From positions 19,840,001 to 19,904,000 of the forward strand of contig NC_086108.1 of NCBI RefSeq assembly GCF_963921235.1: a stretch of DNA of 64,000 nt, given 5' to 3'. Below, in pieces: positions 1-13,245 of this stretch. Positions within the stretch are counted from its first letter, which is position 1. Every line of letters begins with the position of its first letter. Below the pieces are notes generated by a model, which ran no database searches, was not told the DNA's origin, and saw only the letters and a program-made list of their open reading frames with translations. Made by a program: the position numbers and the translations under genes. The DNA comes from Mobula hypostoma. Lineage: Eukaryota.

Positions 1-765
1 CTTGGAGATGCTGCATTTAATTCCCTCATCCAAGTCATTAATATATATTGTAAACAACTGGAGTCCCAGCACTGAGCCTTGCGGTACCCCACTAGTCACT
101 GCCTGCCATTCTGAAAAGGTCTCATTTATTCCCACTCTTCGCTTCCTGTCTGCCAACCAATTCTCTTTCCACATCAATACCATACCTCCAATACCGTGTG
201 CTTTAAGTTTGCACACTAATCTCCTGTGTGGGACCTTGTCAAAAGCCTTTTGAAAATCCAAATATACCACATCCACTGGTTCTCCCCTATCCACTCTACT
301 AGTTACATCCTCAAAAAATTCTATGAGATTCGTCAGACATGATTTTCCTTTCACAAATCCATGCTGACTTTGTCCGCTGATTTCACTGCTTTCCAAATGT
401 GCTGTTATCACATCTTTGATAACTGACTCTAGCAGTTTCCCCACCACCGATGTTAGGCTAACCGGTCTATAATTCCCTGGTTTCTCTCTCCCTCCTTTTT
501 TAAAAAGTGGGGTTACATTAGCCACCCTCCAATCCTCAGGAACTAGTCCAGAATCTAAAGAGTTTTGAAAAATTATCAGTAATGCATCCACTATTTCTTG
601 GGCTACTTCCTTAAGCACTCTGGGATGCAGACCATCTGGCCCTGGGGATTTATCTGCCTTTAACCCCTTTAATTTACCTAACACCACTTTCCTACTAACA
701 TGTATTTCCCTCAGTTCCTCCATCTCACTGGACCCTCTGTCCCCTACTATTTCCAGAAGATTATT
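1..765 (-). mobile_element. CR1-type LINE fragment (RT region), truncated by the window start
   Basis: Reverse strand encodes RT motifs ([20 protein letters not shown]). Positions 1-170 are near-identical to about 5236-5405 of another copy. Confidence 0.85.
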
Positions 766-1371
766 TAGCTCGCTGTTCTGCGAAGTTTACTCATCTCTGC
801 ACTGAACAAAATGGGCTCCTGCAGTGAAGAGTGGCTTCATGGCTGTAGACTCATTTTCGTGACCTTCAGTTCTGAATGTTATTTGCTGACTTTTATGGTT
901 TACAGATTTGTTTTTTCCCTGCACACTGGATGTTTGATGGTCTTTTCAATGGGTTCTATCAGGTTTCTTTGTTTAGTGGCTGCCTGTAAGGAGATGAATC
1001 TCAAGGTTGTATACAGACATCCCACCTCTCCTGGAAGTTCCAGGAGTCTCCCGCACATTGATAGCGGCTCCCTGATGCCCGCAAATTATATACAATATCC
1101 TGGAAATCTATTTTTAAAATATATATTTATATACTACTAGCTCCATTGGGCTGTCTTGTGTGGGAAGAGAAATGACAGATGAAGTTAAATGGGAAGTGTT
1201 GCACCTCAGTAGGGCAAATGCAAGGGCAAGATCCAGGACAGTGTTACTGAGTGGAGAGATCTTGGGAGCTAAGTTCACAGCTCCTTGAAAGTGCTACACA
1301 GGTCAATAGGGTGGTTAAGAAGGTTTAATGAATGCTTGCCTTTATTAGCTGAGGCATTGAGCTCAGAAGTC

Positions 1372-2302
1372 CATAAGACATGGGAGCAGATTTAGGCCAT
1401 TTGTCCCATTGAGGGTGCTCCACCATTCAATCATGGCTGAACCTTCTTCCCCCTCCTCAGCCCCATTCCCCAGCTTTCTCCCCATAACCTTTGATGCAGT
1501 GGCCAATCAAGAACTGATCAATTTCTGCCTTAAATGCACCCAATGGCCTGGCCTCCACAGCTGCATGTGGTAACAAATTCCACAAATTCACCACCCTCTA
1601 GCTAAAGAAATTACTCCACATCTGTTTTAAATGGATGCCTCTCTGTCCTGAGGCTGTGCCCTCTTGTCCTTGACTCCCCGACCCTGGGAAACATCCTTTC
1701 CATATCTACTCTGTCTTGGCCTTACAATATTTGAAAGGTTTCAGTGAGATCCCTCCCACTAATCCTAAATTCCAGCAAGTACAGACCCAGAGCCATCAAA
1801 TGTTCCTCATATGATAACCCTTTCATTCCTGGAATCATCCTTGTGAGCTTACTCTGAACATTCTCCAAAGACAGCACATCTTTTCTTAGATGAGGGGACC
1901 AAAACTATTCACATTACTCAAGGTGAGGCTTCACCAGTCCCTTATAAAGCCTCAGCATCACGTCCCTGTTCTTGTATTCAAGACCTCTTGAAATTAATGC
2001 AAACATTGCATTTGCCTTCCTCACCATCGACTCTACCTGTAAGTTAACCTTCAGGGTGTTCTGCACAAGAACTCCCAATCCCTTTGCATATCAGATTTTT
2101 GGATTTTCTCCCTGTTTAGAAAATAGTCTGTGCATTTATTTCTACTATCAAAATGCATGACCATGCATTTTCCAACATTATATTTCATTAGCCATTTTCT
2201 TGCCCACTCTCCTAATCTGCCCAAGTCCTTCTGCAGCCGACCTGTTTCCTCAACACTACCTGCCTCTCCACTAACCTTCATATCATCTGCAAATTTGGCA
2301 AC
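1372..2302 (-). mobile_element. CR1-type LINE 3' fragment
   Basis: ORF 2051-2338(-) has KFADD...LQKDLGRLGEWARKW; a typical CR1 3' tail lies near 1372. Confidence 0.8.
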
Positions 2303-2339
2303 AATCATTGAAATCATTGTTATACAGCATAAAGTCAAG

Positions 2340-2910
2340 AGGTTATAAAACTCTGGTTAAGCCACATCTGGAGAATTGCATACAGTTCTGGTCAGCCCCA
2401 CAATAGGAAGGATGTTGAGGCTTTGGAGAGGGCGCAGAAGAAGTTTACCAGGATGCTGTCTGGTTTGAAGAGCTGGAGAAACCTGGGTTGTTTTCTCTGG
2501 AGTGGCAGAGGCAAAAGGAAGATTTGACAGAGGTTTATAAGAATTATGAGAGGCACAGATAGAGTGGACAGAGTATCTGTTTCCCAGGGTTGAAATGTCT
2601 AATACCTGAGGGCATACATTGAAGGCAAGAGGGGGTAGGTTCAAGGGGGATGTGAGGGGTAAGTTTTTTTACTCAAGAGTGGTGGATGCCTGGAATGCGC
2701 TGCCTGGTACGGTGTTAGAGGCAAATACATTAGAAGCTTTTAAGAGATGTTTAGATAGGCACATGGATGTGAGGAAGATGGAGGGATATGGACATGGTGT
2801 AGGTAGGAGAGATTAGTGTTTGGGTGTTTTTGATTTGCTTTTTAGCTGTTTCCACACAACACTGTTGGCTCAATGGCCTGTTCCTTTGCTGCACTGTTCT
2901 ATGTTCTATC
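2340..2910 (+). mobile_element. CR1-type LINE 3' fragment
   Basis: ORF 2619-2816 (RGKFFYSRVVDAWNALP) and a (TGTTCTA)-like tail near 2895-2910. Confidence 0.75.
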
Positions 2911-3229
2911 TTTTGTGCTCTAGATGTGAGGCCGGCAAGGAATAGGAATGATTCACTTGTGTTCAAATCTTGCAATGACAGCCACTATATTTGGTTCCTA
3001 ATTACTTGTTGTGCGAGCAAGTTGGGTTTCAGTGATTGTGGGTTGGTCTGTATCCTCTTACTCTTTAAGATGCTTTTTAAAAATCCATCTCTGAATAAGC
3101 ATTGGTCAACAGCATCAAGGGCTCTGTGCCAAGCTATCTGATATTTCAGCCACACTGTTCTACACACTAGCACTATTGATACAAAACAGGTGCAATGGTC
3201 CTCAGCGTCAGAGGAGCCAACCTTTTGTT

Positions 3230-3560
3230 CGCAGCTTTCACGTGGCCAGGTGTAACATCAGGTAAGCAATTTGGCATTGACTTTGTGATTGGTCTGCTGC
3301 AGTACCCATCGTCGTGAGTAGATGGCGTAGTCGAGCATTTCCCTTCCCCGTGAGCCGCCAATTAACGGCTGGATTGGACACGTCAGAGTAATGGAGCGAG
3401 TAGCGGCGGTCGGTTTGCGTTCCTTGCTGCGGGGCGTCCGGCCGAATGTGGGCAGGTTAGCAGCCGCAACGAGACCAATACTGCGATCATGCGTCTGCTG
3501 CGGGCCTGCGCGATGTCCCGTGCCGTGGCCTAACAGGAAGCACGCATCTCTATCCCAGTA
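3230..3560 (+). promoter_or_regulatory. CpG-rich promoter / first-exon region of CRYZL2 (candidate shared promoter for GTPBP3)
   Basis: Strong local CpG enrichment against a CpG-poor background. E-box CACGTG 3239-3244, CCAAT boxes (ATTGG 3288-3292, CCAAT 3358-3362, ATTGG 3373-3377) and CRE-like CACGTCA 3379-3385 lie just before ATG 3391. Confidence 0.6.
3391..3455 (+). CDS. CRYZL2: CRYZL2/QORL2 exon 1, mitochondrial presequence-like (MERVAAVGLRSLLRGVRPNVG-AG|), phase 2
   Basis: ATG in the CpG-rich region, Arg/Leu/Val-rich peptide, donor CAG|GTTAGC. Phase 2 matches the exon 2 acceptor at 5719. Confidence 0.75.
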
Positions 3561-4302
3561 TTCTGGGCAGGAGGCTTCCTTGCATAAACGTTAAATGCGA
3601 AATGTGACCCCATTAATGCTATTTTGCTAGGAAACGTGGTCGTCTCGAGCCACAGCGGTAGATTTTCTGATCTGGACGACATGTTTTAAAGTTATTTTGT
3701 GCTTTTACAACACAATTTCCTCAGATTATGCTAAGAATGGCACAGGACCCATTGCTGTGTGTGGCCAGAGAACTCCTGCATGGAGGAACTCGGCGTGTTG
3801 AGCAGGATCTGTGGAGAGAGTTGTGTTTTGACTCTCAGTTCCTCCAGCAGTTTTTTTGCTCCAAATTCCAGCATTTGCTGGGTGAAACTGCCCCTTTGGT
3901 CACACAGACGCACACACAACACCGCTCAGAAATAACACGTCAGCGTGTTTCGGGGCCAACTTTTTTCGCTTCGGTTCCAACGTTGAAAGTTTTTAATAAT
4001 CCTCTCGATCCTGCGCTTACGTGTAATTTATGACGGATTCCAGACATGTAATTTCTATAACACAAGAATATTTGTAGATGTTGGAAATCCAAAGCGACAC
4101 AGAAAATGCTGGAGGAGCTCAGCAGGTCGGGAGCATCTATGGAAATGAATTTACAGTCGACGCTGTGGGCAGAGACCTTTCTGCAGGACCTGTTGAGTTC
4201 CTCCGGCATTTTGTACGTGTTTGCTTTTTACTTCGATTGTGTGTGTACTCGGTTCACATTTGATTGACGAGGGCGACAACCTGTCCTCAGCTGGTGATCG
4301 GT

Positions 4303-5410
4303 ACAGAAACATAGAAATATAGAAAATAGGTGCAGGAGTAGGCCATTCGGCCCTTAGAGCCTGCACCGCCATTCAGTATGATCATGGCTGATCATCCAAC
4401 TGAGAACCCTGCACCAGCCTTCCCTCCATACCCCCTGATCCCCGTAGCCACAAGGGCCATATCTAACTCCCTCTTAAATATAGCCAATGAACTGGCCTCA
4501 ACTGTTTCCTGTGGCAGAGAATTCCACAGATTCACCACTCTCTGTGTGAAGAAGTTTTTCCTAATCTTGGTCCTAAAAGGCTTCCCCTTTATCCTCAAAC
4601 TGTGACCCCTCGTTCTGGACTTCCCCAACATCGGGAACAATCTTCCTGCATCTAGCCTGTCCAATCCCTTTAGGATTTTATATGTTTCAATCAGATCCCC
4701 CTTCAATCTTCTAAATTCCAACGAGTATAAGCCTAGTTCATCCAGTCTTTCATCATATGAAAGTCCTGCCATCCCAGGAATCAATCTGGTGAACCTTCTT
4801 TGTACTCCCTCTATGGCAAGGATGTCTTTCCTCAGATTAGGGGACCAAAACTGCACACAATACTCCAGGTGTGGTCTCACCAAGGCCTTGTACAACTGCA
4901 GTAGTACCTCCCTGCTCCTGTACTCGAGTCCTCTTGCTATAAATGCCAGCATACCATTTGCCTTTTTCACCGCCTGCTGTACCTGCATGCCCACTTTCAA
5001 TGACTGGTGTATAATGACACCTTGGTCTCGTTGCACCTCCCCTTTTCCGAATCGGCCACCATTCAGATTCTGTTTTCCTGTTTTTGCCACCAAATTGGAT
5101 AACTTCACATTTATCCACATTAAATTGCATCTGCCATGAATTTGCCCACTCACCTAACCTGGCCAAGTCACCCTGCATCCTCTTAGCATCCTCCTCACAG
5201 CTAACACTGCCGCCCAGCTTCGTGTCATCCGCAAACTTGGAGATGCTGCATTTAATTCCCTCATCTAAGTCATTAATATATATTGTAAACAACTGGGGTC
5301 CCAACACTGAGCCTTGTGGTACCCCACTAGTCACTGCCTGCCATTCTGAAAAGGTCCCGTTTATTCCCACTCTTTGCTTCCTGTCTGCCAACCAACTCTC
5401 TATCCACATC
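4303..5410 (-). mobile_element. CR1-type LINE, 5'-truncated, relatively young
   Basis: ORFs 4392-5153 and 4837-5454 ([31 protein letters not shown]), one frameshift, (TTTCTAT)-type tail at about 4303. Confidence 0.9.
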
Positions 5411-5718
5411 GATAACTTACCTACAGTATTGAGTCTCAACAGATTCAGCGACATCTGTACCAGGAGATATATTTACTGTTTCCGGTGTTGTCACTTCTGA
5501 CCTGCCAAGTGTTTCCGGCTTTTCTATTTTTATCTCGGATTTTCCATGTCAGCAGTTTCGGTATTTTTTTTATCATCGCGATAGAGAGTGAAAACAAACC
5601 TTTTGCTGACAACCAAGCTCCTAATTACTCTAAACTTACCTGAGCTTATTTTATTGATCCTACTTTCCCGGTAATTACGGGTTTCAGATTAAAAGTAATG
5701 TTCATTCTCTTTGTACAG

Positions 5719-5875
5719 GAGGAATAATGTATTGAGGCAAAATCCTAGACTGGCAGAGATTGGTACCAGCAGTGCTGCAGGTTTAAGAGATTCCTACTTA
5801 ACAGTGCAGTGTACTGACCTGAAGAAGCCATTAGAGATCCAGCGATTGCCTTCAGTTGCCCTCAAACCAACCGAG
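5719..5875 (+). CDS. CRYZL2: CRYZL2 exon 2 (RRNNVLRQ...YLTVQCTDLKKPLEIQRLPSVALKPTE)
   Basis: Acceptor TTGTACAG|G, donor GAG|GTAAAT; encodes the N-terminal strand of an MDR/zeta-crystallin fold. Confidence 0.85.
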
Positions 5876-6112
5876 GTAAATCACGCCGCATGGATGGATG
5901 CAGGTTGTTTAAATCATTGTTTGCACTCAGCCTACTTCAAATCCAAGAGTAAACACAAATAAATACTTGGTTTATTATACTTAATGTTCCATGTACTAAC
6001 CAATAACATTGATGAAGAACCTAACAGCTGCTGATGTTAAGCTGCTTGTGCATGAGAACAGGCATTGACTGAATGTCTTCCAATGATGATCTCTCCTGCA
6101 CTTTGTGGTTAG

Positions 6113-6209
6113 GTGCGAGTGGATATTCATTGCTGTGGTGTGAACTTTGCTGACATTCTGATATGTCAAGGACTGTATCAGCATCAACCGCAGCTCCCCT
6201 TCACTCCAG
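6113..6209 (+). CDS. CRYZL2: CRYZL2 exon 3 (VRVDIHCCGVNFADILICQGLYQHQPQLPFTPG)
   Basis: Canonical QOR motif GVNFAD...G.Y...LPFTPG; TAG| acceptor, G|GTAAAA donor. Confidence 0.93.
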
Positions 6210-6419
6210 GTAAAACCAATTTTTGCTGTGTAAGAATTGTGAATTGATGTTAGCAGTAAGATGTTTAATGCTTAAGACACACCAAAATTTGGGGCATAGC
6301 GGACAGTGAAGAAGGCTATCAAAGCTTGCAGCATGACAGGGACTGGCTGAAAAATAGTAGATGCAATTTTATGCCGACGTGTGAAGAGTTGCACTTTGCT
6401 GATCCTTTTCATTGGGTTG

Positions 6420-6970
6420 AAATCAGTGCCAGAGGTCATTCGTTGATGATGCAGCGCAAAGTTTAAAAAGGACTCGGGAGCTTTCAGCTTTCTTTTGGGA
6501 GCTGAAATCTGCGAGGGGCTAATAAAAAAGGAAGGAGGTGTGGGCAGAGCGGCCATTGTGGAAGCGGGCCAATGTTAGAGTGGTCCAGCTTTGGCTCAAC
6601 AGGCTTAGGCAAGCACCGGTGGAGGTTCTAAGTAAGAAAGAAAGATTTTGGTAACTTTCTGTTCTGCTACTACATAGCTAATGCAGTGAGAATGGATCCG
6701 AAGGTAGTGGTATGTTCCTTGTGTGAGATGTGGGAAATTTGGGAGACTTACAGTGCATCGAGTTTCAGCTCCTTGGAGACCACGTCAAGTAACTGGAACT
6801 GCAGCTGGATGCCCTTTGGCTCATATGGGAATTGAGGTGATAGATAGGAGCTACAGGGAGATAGTCATCCCTAAGTTGCAGGAGACAGGTACCTGGGTGA
6901 CTGTCGGGAGAGGGAAAGGGGAAGAAGCCAGTGCAGAGTACCCCTGTGACAATTTCCCTCGATAATAAGT
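6420..6970 (+). mobile_element. CR1 5' UTR/ORF1 fragment
   Basis: Encodes VVCSLCEMWE (Zn-finger-like) and WVTV motifs typical of CR1 ORF1. Confidence 0.55.
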
Positions 6971-6993
6971 GTGTGTATGTATATATATATATA

Positions 6994-8542
<1,549 letters not shown>

Positions 8543-8548
8543 TATATG

Positions 8549-8850
8549 TGTTGGTGCGTGGCCAAGTGGTTGAGGCATTCGTCTAGTGATTTGAAGGTCT
8601 TTAGTTCAAGCCTTGGCTGAGCAACGCGTGTGTCCTTGAGCAAGTCACTTAACCACACATTGCTCTGTGACGACACTGGTGCCAAGCTGTGTGGGTCCTA
8701 ATGCCCTTCCCTTGGACCATATCAGTGAGTGGAGAGGGGAGACTTGCAGCATAGGCAACTGCTGGTCTTCCATACAACCTTGCCCAGGCCTGCGCCCTGG
8801 AAACCTTCCAAGGCTCAAATCCATGGTCTCATGAGACTAACGGATGTCTG
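8549..8850 (+). mobile_element. tRNA-derived SINE (CORE-like central segment)
   Basis: A-box TGGCCAAGTGG, B-box-like GTTCAAGCC, followed by GTGTCCTTGAGCAAGTCACTTAACC. Confidence 0.55.
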
Positions 8851-8864
8851 TAAATATATAACCA

Positions 8865-9305
8865 CAAGAGATTTGGCAGTTTCTGGAAATCCAGAGTAAC
8901 ACACACAAAATGCTGGAGGAACTCAGCAGTATCTTTGGAGGGGACTATTTCAGGTTGAACCCTTTCATCAGGACTGGAAAGCAAGGGAGAAAAAGCAGAA
9001 TAAGATGGGGGAGGGGTGCTGGAAAGGAGTGCAAGCTGGAAAGTGTTATGTAAGGGGAAGATAGGTGAGTGGGGGTGAAGTGAGAGGCTAGGAGGTGATA
9101 GGTGAAAAGCTCAAGGGCTGAAGAAGAAGGAATCTGATAGGAGAGGAGAGTGGACCATGGGAGAAATGGAAGGAAAGGGGGTACCAGAGGGTGATAGGAG
9201 GTAAGGAAAAGAGAATGGGTAAGAGGAGATCCAGAGTGCGGAATGGAGAAAGGGGGAAGGGAGGGGGGAGAAATTACTGAAGTTAGGAAAATCAATATTC
9301 ATGCA
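8865..9305 (-). mobile_element. Penelope-like element 3' fragment
   Basis: Minus strand reads MNIDFPNF plus a pyrimidine-rich UTR and a degenerate hammerhead motif, as in 44310-44805. Confidence 0.65.
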
Positions 9306-9702
9306 TTGGGAGTGGTGAGTTTGGAATGAACTATTGCATTGGGGAAAGGTGTGAGAGGGAATACATTATTATACTAGGAATGGTGAGTGCAAGAATAAAT
9401 TATTACCATGGGAGCTTTGAGTATGTGATTGAGTTATCACACTGGGAATATTGTGTGTGGGAGTGAATTGTTACGTTAGAAATGATGAGATGGGAATCAA
9501 TTATTGCACTGGGGACTGTGAGTGTGGGAATAATTTCTTACATCGAAACAGTGAGTGTGAGTGATTTATTACACCAAGAATGGTGAGTGTGCAAATGAAT
9601 TATATGACTAGAAATGGTGAGTTGGGAATGAATTATTACTCTGAGAACAGTGAGTGTGGAAAAGAATGATTAAACTGGGAGCGGTGAGTGCAGGAATGAA
9701 CT
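9306..9702. repeat. Degenerate ~34-35 bp tandem minisatellite, roughly 11-12 units
   Basis: Recurrent GAATTATTxCACTGGGAATGGTGAGTGTGGGAAT-like unit. Confidence 0.6.
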
Positions 9703-9894
9703 GGTTACTAAGTTATTGCCAGACCTGTGTTACTGAGTACGGAGTAGTCCAGTATGAGAAAAAGTAATTACTCTGGCAAACAATGTGGTAGTACATAGGA
9801 CTATTACACTGTTTTGCACTAGTTATTTATTTTTGTAACAGTAATTTTTATATCTTGCACTATACTGCTACCACAAAGCAACAAATGCTTTGTA

Positions 9895-10303
9895 TTTAAT
9901 GAATACTTTACTTCAGTATTCACTATGGAAAAGGACTTTGGCGATTCTAGGGATGACTTATAGCGGACTGAAAAGCTTGAGCATATAGACATTAAGAAAA
10001 AGGATGTGCTGGAGCTTTGGAAAGCATCAAGTTGGATAAGTCACCGCAACCGGACGAGATGTACCCTTCTGTCTCTTCTTTCAGTTAGTCCTGACGAAGG
10101 GTCTCGGCCCAAAACGTCGACTGCACCTCTTCCTAGAAATGCTACCTGGCCTGCTGCATTCACCAGCAACTTTGATGTGTGTTGCTTGAGACGTACCCTA
10201 GCCTACTATGGGAGGCGAGGAAGAGATTGCTGACTGCTGGCAATGATCTATGCATCATCAATGGGGACAGGAGAGGTTCTGGATGATTGGAGGGTTGCAG
10301 ACG
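9895..10303 (+). mobile_element. CR1 fragment interrupted by a short Penelope-derived insert
   Basis: Homologous to 36820-37100; split at 10068-10187. Confidence 0.75.
10068..10187 (+). mobile_element. 120-nt Penelope-derived insertion with hammerhead-like motif
   Basis: Flanked by 12-bp TSD GAGAT/CGTACCCT (10056-10067, 10188-10199). Confidence 0.75.
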
Positions 10304-13245
10304 TAAGGCTCACTGGTCTATAATTACCCGGACTATCCCTACTACCTTTTTTGAACAAGGGGACAACTTTCACCTCCCTCCAATCCTCCGGTACCATTCC
10401 CATGGACAACGAGGGCATAAAGATCCTAGCTGGAGACTCAGTAATCTCTTCCCTTGCCTTGTGGAGCAACCTGGGGAATATTCCGTCAGGCCCCGGGGAC
10501 TTATCCGTCCTAATGTATTTTAACAATTCCAACACCTCCTCTCCCTTAATATCAACATGCTCCAGAACATCAACCTCACTCATATTGTCCTTACCATCAT
10601 CAAGTTCCCTCTCATTGGTGAATACCGAAGAGAAGTATTCATTGAGGACTTCGCTCACTTCCACATCCTCCAGGCACATCTTCCCACCTTTATCTCTAAT
10701 TGGTCCTACCTTCACTCCTGTCATCCTTTTTTTCTTCACATAATTGAAGAATGCCTTGGGGTTTTCCTTTACCCTACTCACCAAGGCCTTCTCATGTCCC
10801 CTTCTTGCTCTTCTCAGCCCCTTCTTAAGCTCCTTTCTTGCTTCCCTATATTCCGCAATAGACCCATCTGATCCTTGCTTCCTAAACCTCATGTATGCTG
10901 CCTTCTTCCACCTGACTAGATTTTCCACCTCATTTGTCACCCATGGTTCCTTCACCCTACCATTCTTTATCTTCCTCATCGGGACAAGTTTATCCTAACT
11001 TCCTGCAAGAGATCCCTAAACATCGACCACATGTCCATAGTACATTTCCCTGCAAAAACATCATCCCAATTCACACCCACAAGTTCTAGCCTTATAGCCT
11101 CATAATTTGCCCTTCCCCAGTTAAAAATTTTCCTGACCTCTCTGATTCTATCCTTTTCCATGATAATGCTAAAGGCCAGGGAGCAGTGGTCACTGTCCCC
11201 CAGATGCTCACCCACTGAGAGATCTGTGACCTGACCTGGTTCATTACCTAATACTAGATCTAGTATGGCATTCCCCCTAGTCGGCCTGTCAACATACTGT
11301 GACAGGAATCTGTCCTGGACTCTGCCCCGTCTAAACCATTGGAACTAATCAGGTGCCAATCAATATTAGGGAGTTAAAGTCACCCATGATAACAACCCTG
11401 TTATTTTTGCACCTTTCCAAAATCTGCCTCCCAATCTGCTCTTTGGTATCTCTGCTGCTACCAGGGGGCCTATAGAATACTCCCAATAGAGTAATTGCTC
11501 CCTTCCTGTTCCTGACTTCCACCCATACTGACTCAAAAGAGGATCCTGCTGCATTACCCATCCTTTCTGTAGCTGTAATAGTATCCCTGACCAGTAATGC
11601 CATCCATCCTCCCCTTTTTCCGCCCTCTCTATCCCTTTTAAAGCACTGAAATCCAGGAATATTGAGAATCCATTCCTGCCCTGGTGCCAGCCAAGTCTCT
11701 GTAATGGCCACACATCATAATTCCATGTATGTATCCAAGCTCTCAGTTCATCACCTTTGTTCCTGATGCTTCTTGCATTGAAGTACACGCAGTTTAGCCC
11801 TTCTACCTTACTACCTTTACACCCTTTATTCTGCTTCTCTTTCCTCAAAGCCTCTTTATATGTCAGATCTGGCTTTATTCCATGCACTATACTTGCAGTT
11901 CTCGCATGACCTTTATCCTCTTTCACCTCACTATCTGCTCTAACACTCTGGTTCTCCTCCCCCTGCAAATCTAGTTTAAACCCCCGGAGCAGCATTAGCA
12001 AACCTTCCGGCAAGGATGTCCGTCCCTCTCCAGTTCAGGTGCAACCCGTCCCTTCGGAACAGGTCCCACCTTCCCTGGAACAAAGCCGAATTGTCCAGAA
12101 ACATAAAGCCCTCCCTCCTGCACCAACTCTTTAGCCTCGTATTTAACTGCATTATCTTCCTATTTCTAGCTTCACTGGCATGTGGCACGGGTAGCAATCT
12201 TGAGATCGCAACCCTGGAGATCCTGTCCTTCAACTTTGCACCTAACTCCCTAAACTCTTTGCAGGACCTCCTCCTCCTTCCTATCCACGCCATTGGTCCC
12301 TACATGGACTAGGATATCTGGCTGCACACCCTCCCTCTTGAGAATACTGAGAACTCGATCTGAGATATCGCGGACCCTAGCACCAGGGAGGCAACAGACC
12401 ATCAGGGATTCTCGATCTCTCTCACAGAACCTCTTATCTGTCCCCCTAACTATCAAATCCCCTATCACTAGTGCAGTTGTACAAGGCCTTGGTGAGACCA
12501 CACCTGGAGTATTGTGTGCAGTTTTGGTCCTTTAATATGAGGAAAGACAGTCTTGCCATAGAGGGAGTACAAAGAAGGTTCACCAGATTGATTCCTGGGA
12601 CGGCAGGACTTTCATATGATGAAAGACTGGATCGACTAGGCTTATACTTGCTGGAATTTAGAAGATTGAGGGGGGATCTTATTGAAACGTGTAAGATCCT
12701 AAAGGGATTGGACAGGCTAGATGCAGGAAGATTGTTCCCGATGTTGGGGAAGTCCAGAACGAGGGGTCACAGTTTGAGGATAAAGGGGAAGCCTTTTAGG
12801 ACCGAGATGAGGAAAAACTTCTTCACAGAGAGAGTGGTGAATCTGTTAAATTCTCTGCCACAGGAAACAGTTGAGGTCAGTTCATTCGCTATATTTAAGA
12901 GGGAATTAGATATGGCCCTTGTGGCTAAAGGGATCGGCGGTATAGAGAGAGAAGGCAGGTACAGGGTTCTGAGTTGGATGATCAGCCATGATCATACTGA
13001 ATGGCAATGCAGGCTCGAAGGGCCGAATGGCCTACTCCTGCACCTATTTTCTATGCTTTCCCTCCTTCTCTTCTGAGCTGAGGCTCCAGTCTTGGTGCCA
13101 GAGATGTGACCACTGCAACTTGTCCCTGGTAGGTCATTCCCACCAACAGTCTCCAAAACGGTATACTTATTATTGATGGGAACGGCCACAGGGGTGCTGT
13201 GCTCATTCTGTCTGTTCTCCTTCCCTCTCCTGACAGTCACCCAGT
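10304..13245 (-). mobile_element. CR1 LINE (ORF1 esterase plus ORF2 endonuclease/linker), interrupted by another CR1
   Basis: ORFs show VIGD.IVRG, CLPGARVRD, DGLHLN (SGNH ORF1), NARSIRNK, ITETWL, GDFN, SDH and KSPGPDG. Confidence 0.88.
12471..13060 (+). mobile_element. CR1 3' fragment inserted into the minus-strand CR1
   Basis: ORF 12471-13076 is highly similar to 4392-5153(-). Confidence 0.85.

Noticed and set aside
3173..3361. Divergent small ORF at the promoter
   Set aside because: It starts at TTG with no recognisable homology and overlaps the CCAAT boxes.
3728..4033. 101-aa ORF or possible extra exon in intron 1
   Set aside because: No homology; exon 1 already joins exon 2 in phase.
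8549..8625. tRNA gene
   Set aside because: A and B boxes are present, but there is no complete cloverleaf and it continues into a SINE body.
9306..9702. CRISPR-like array
   Set aside because: Contiguous degenerate units with no unique spacers, in a eukaryotic context.
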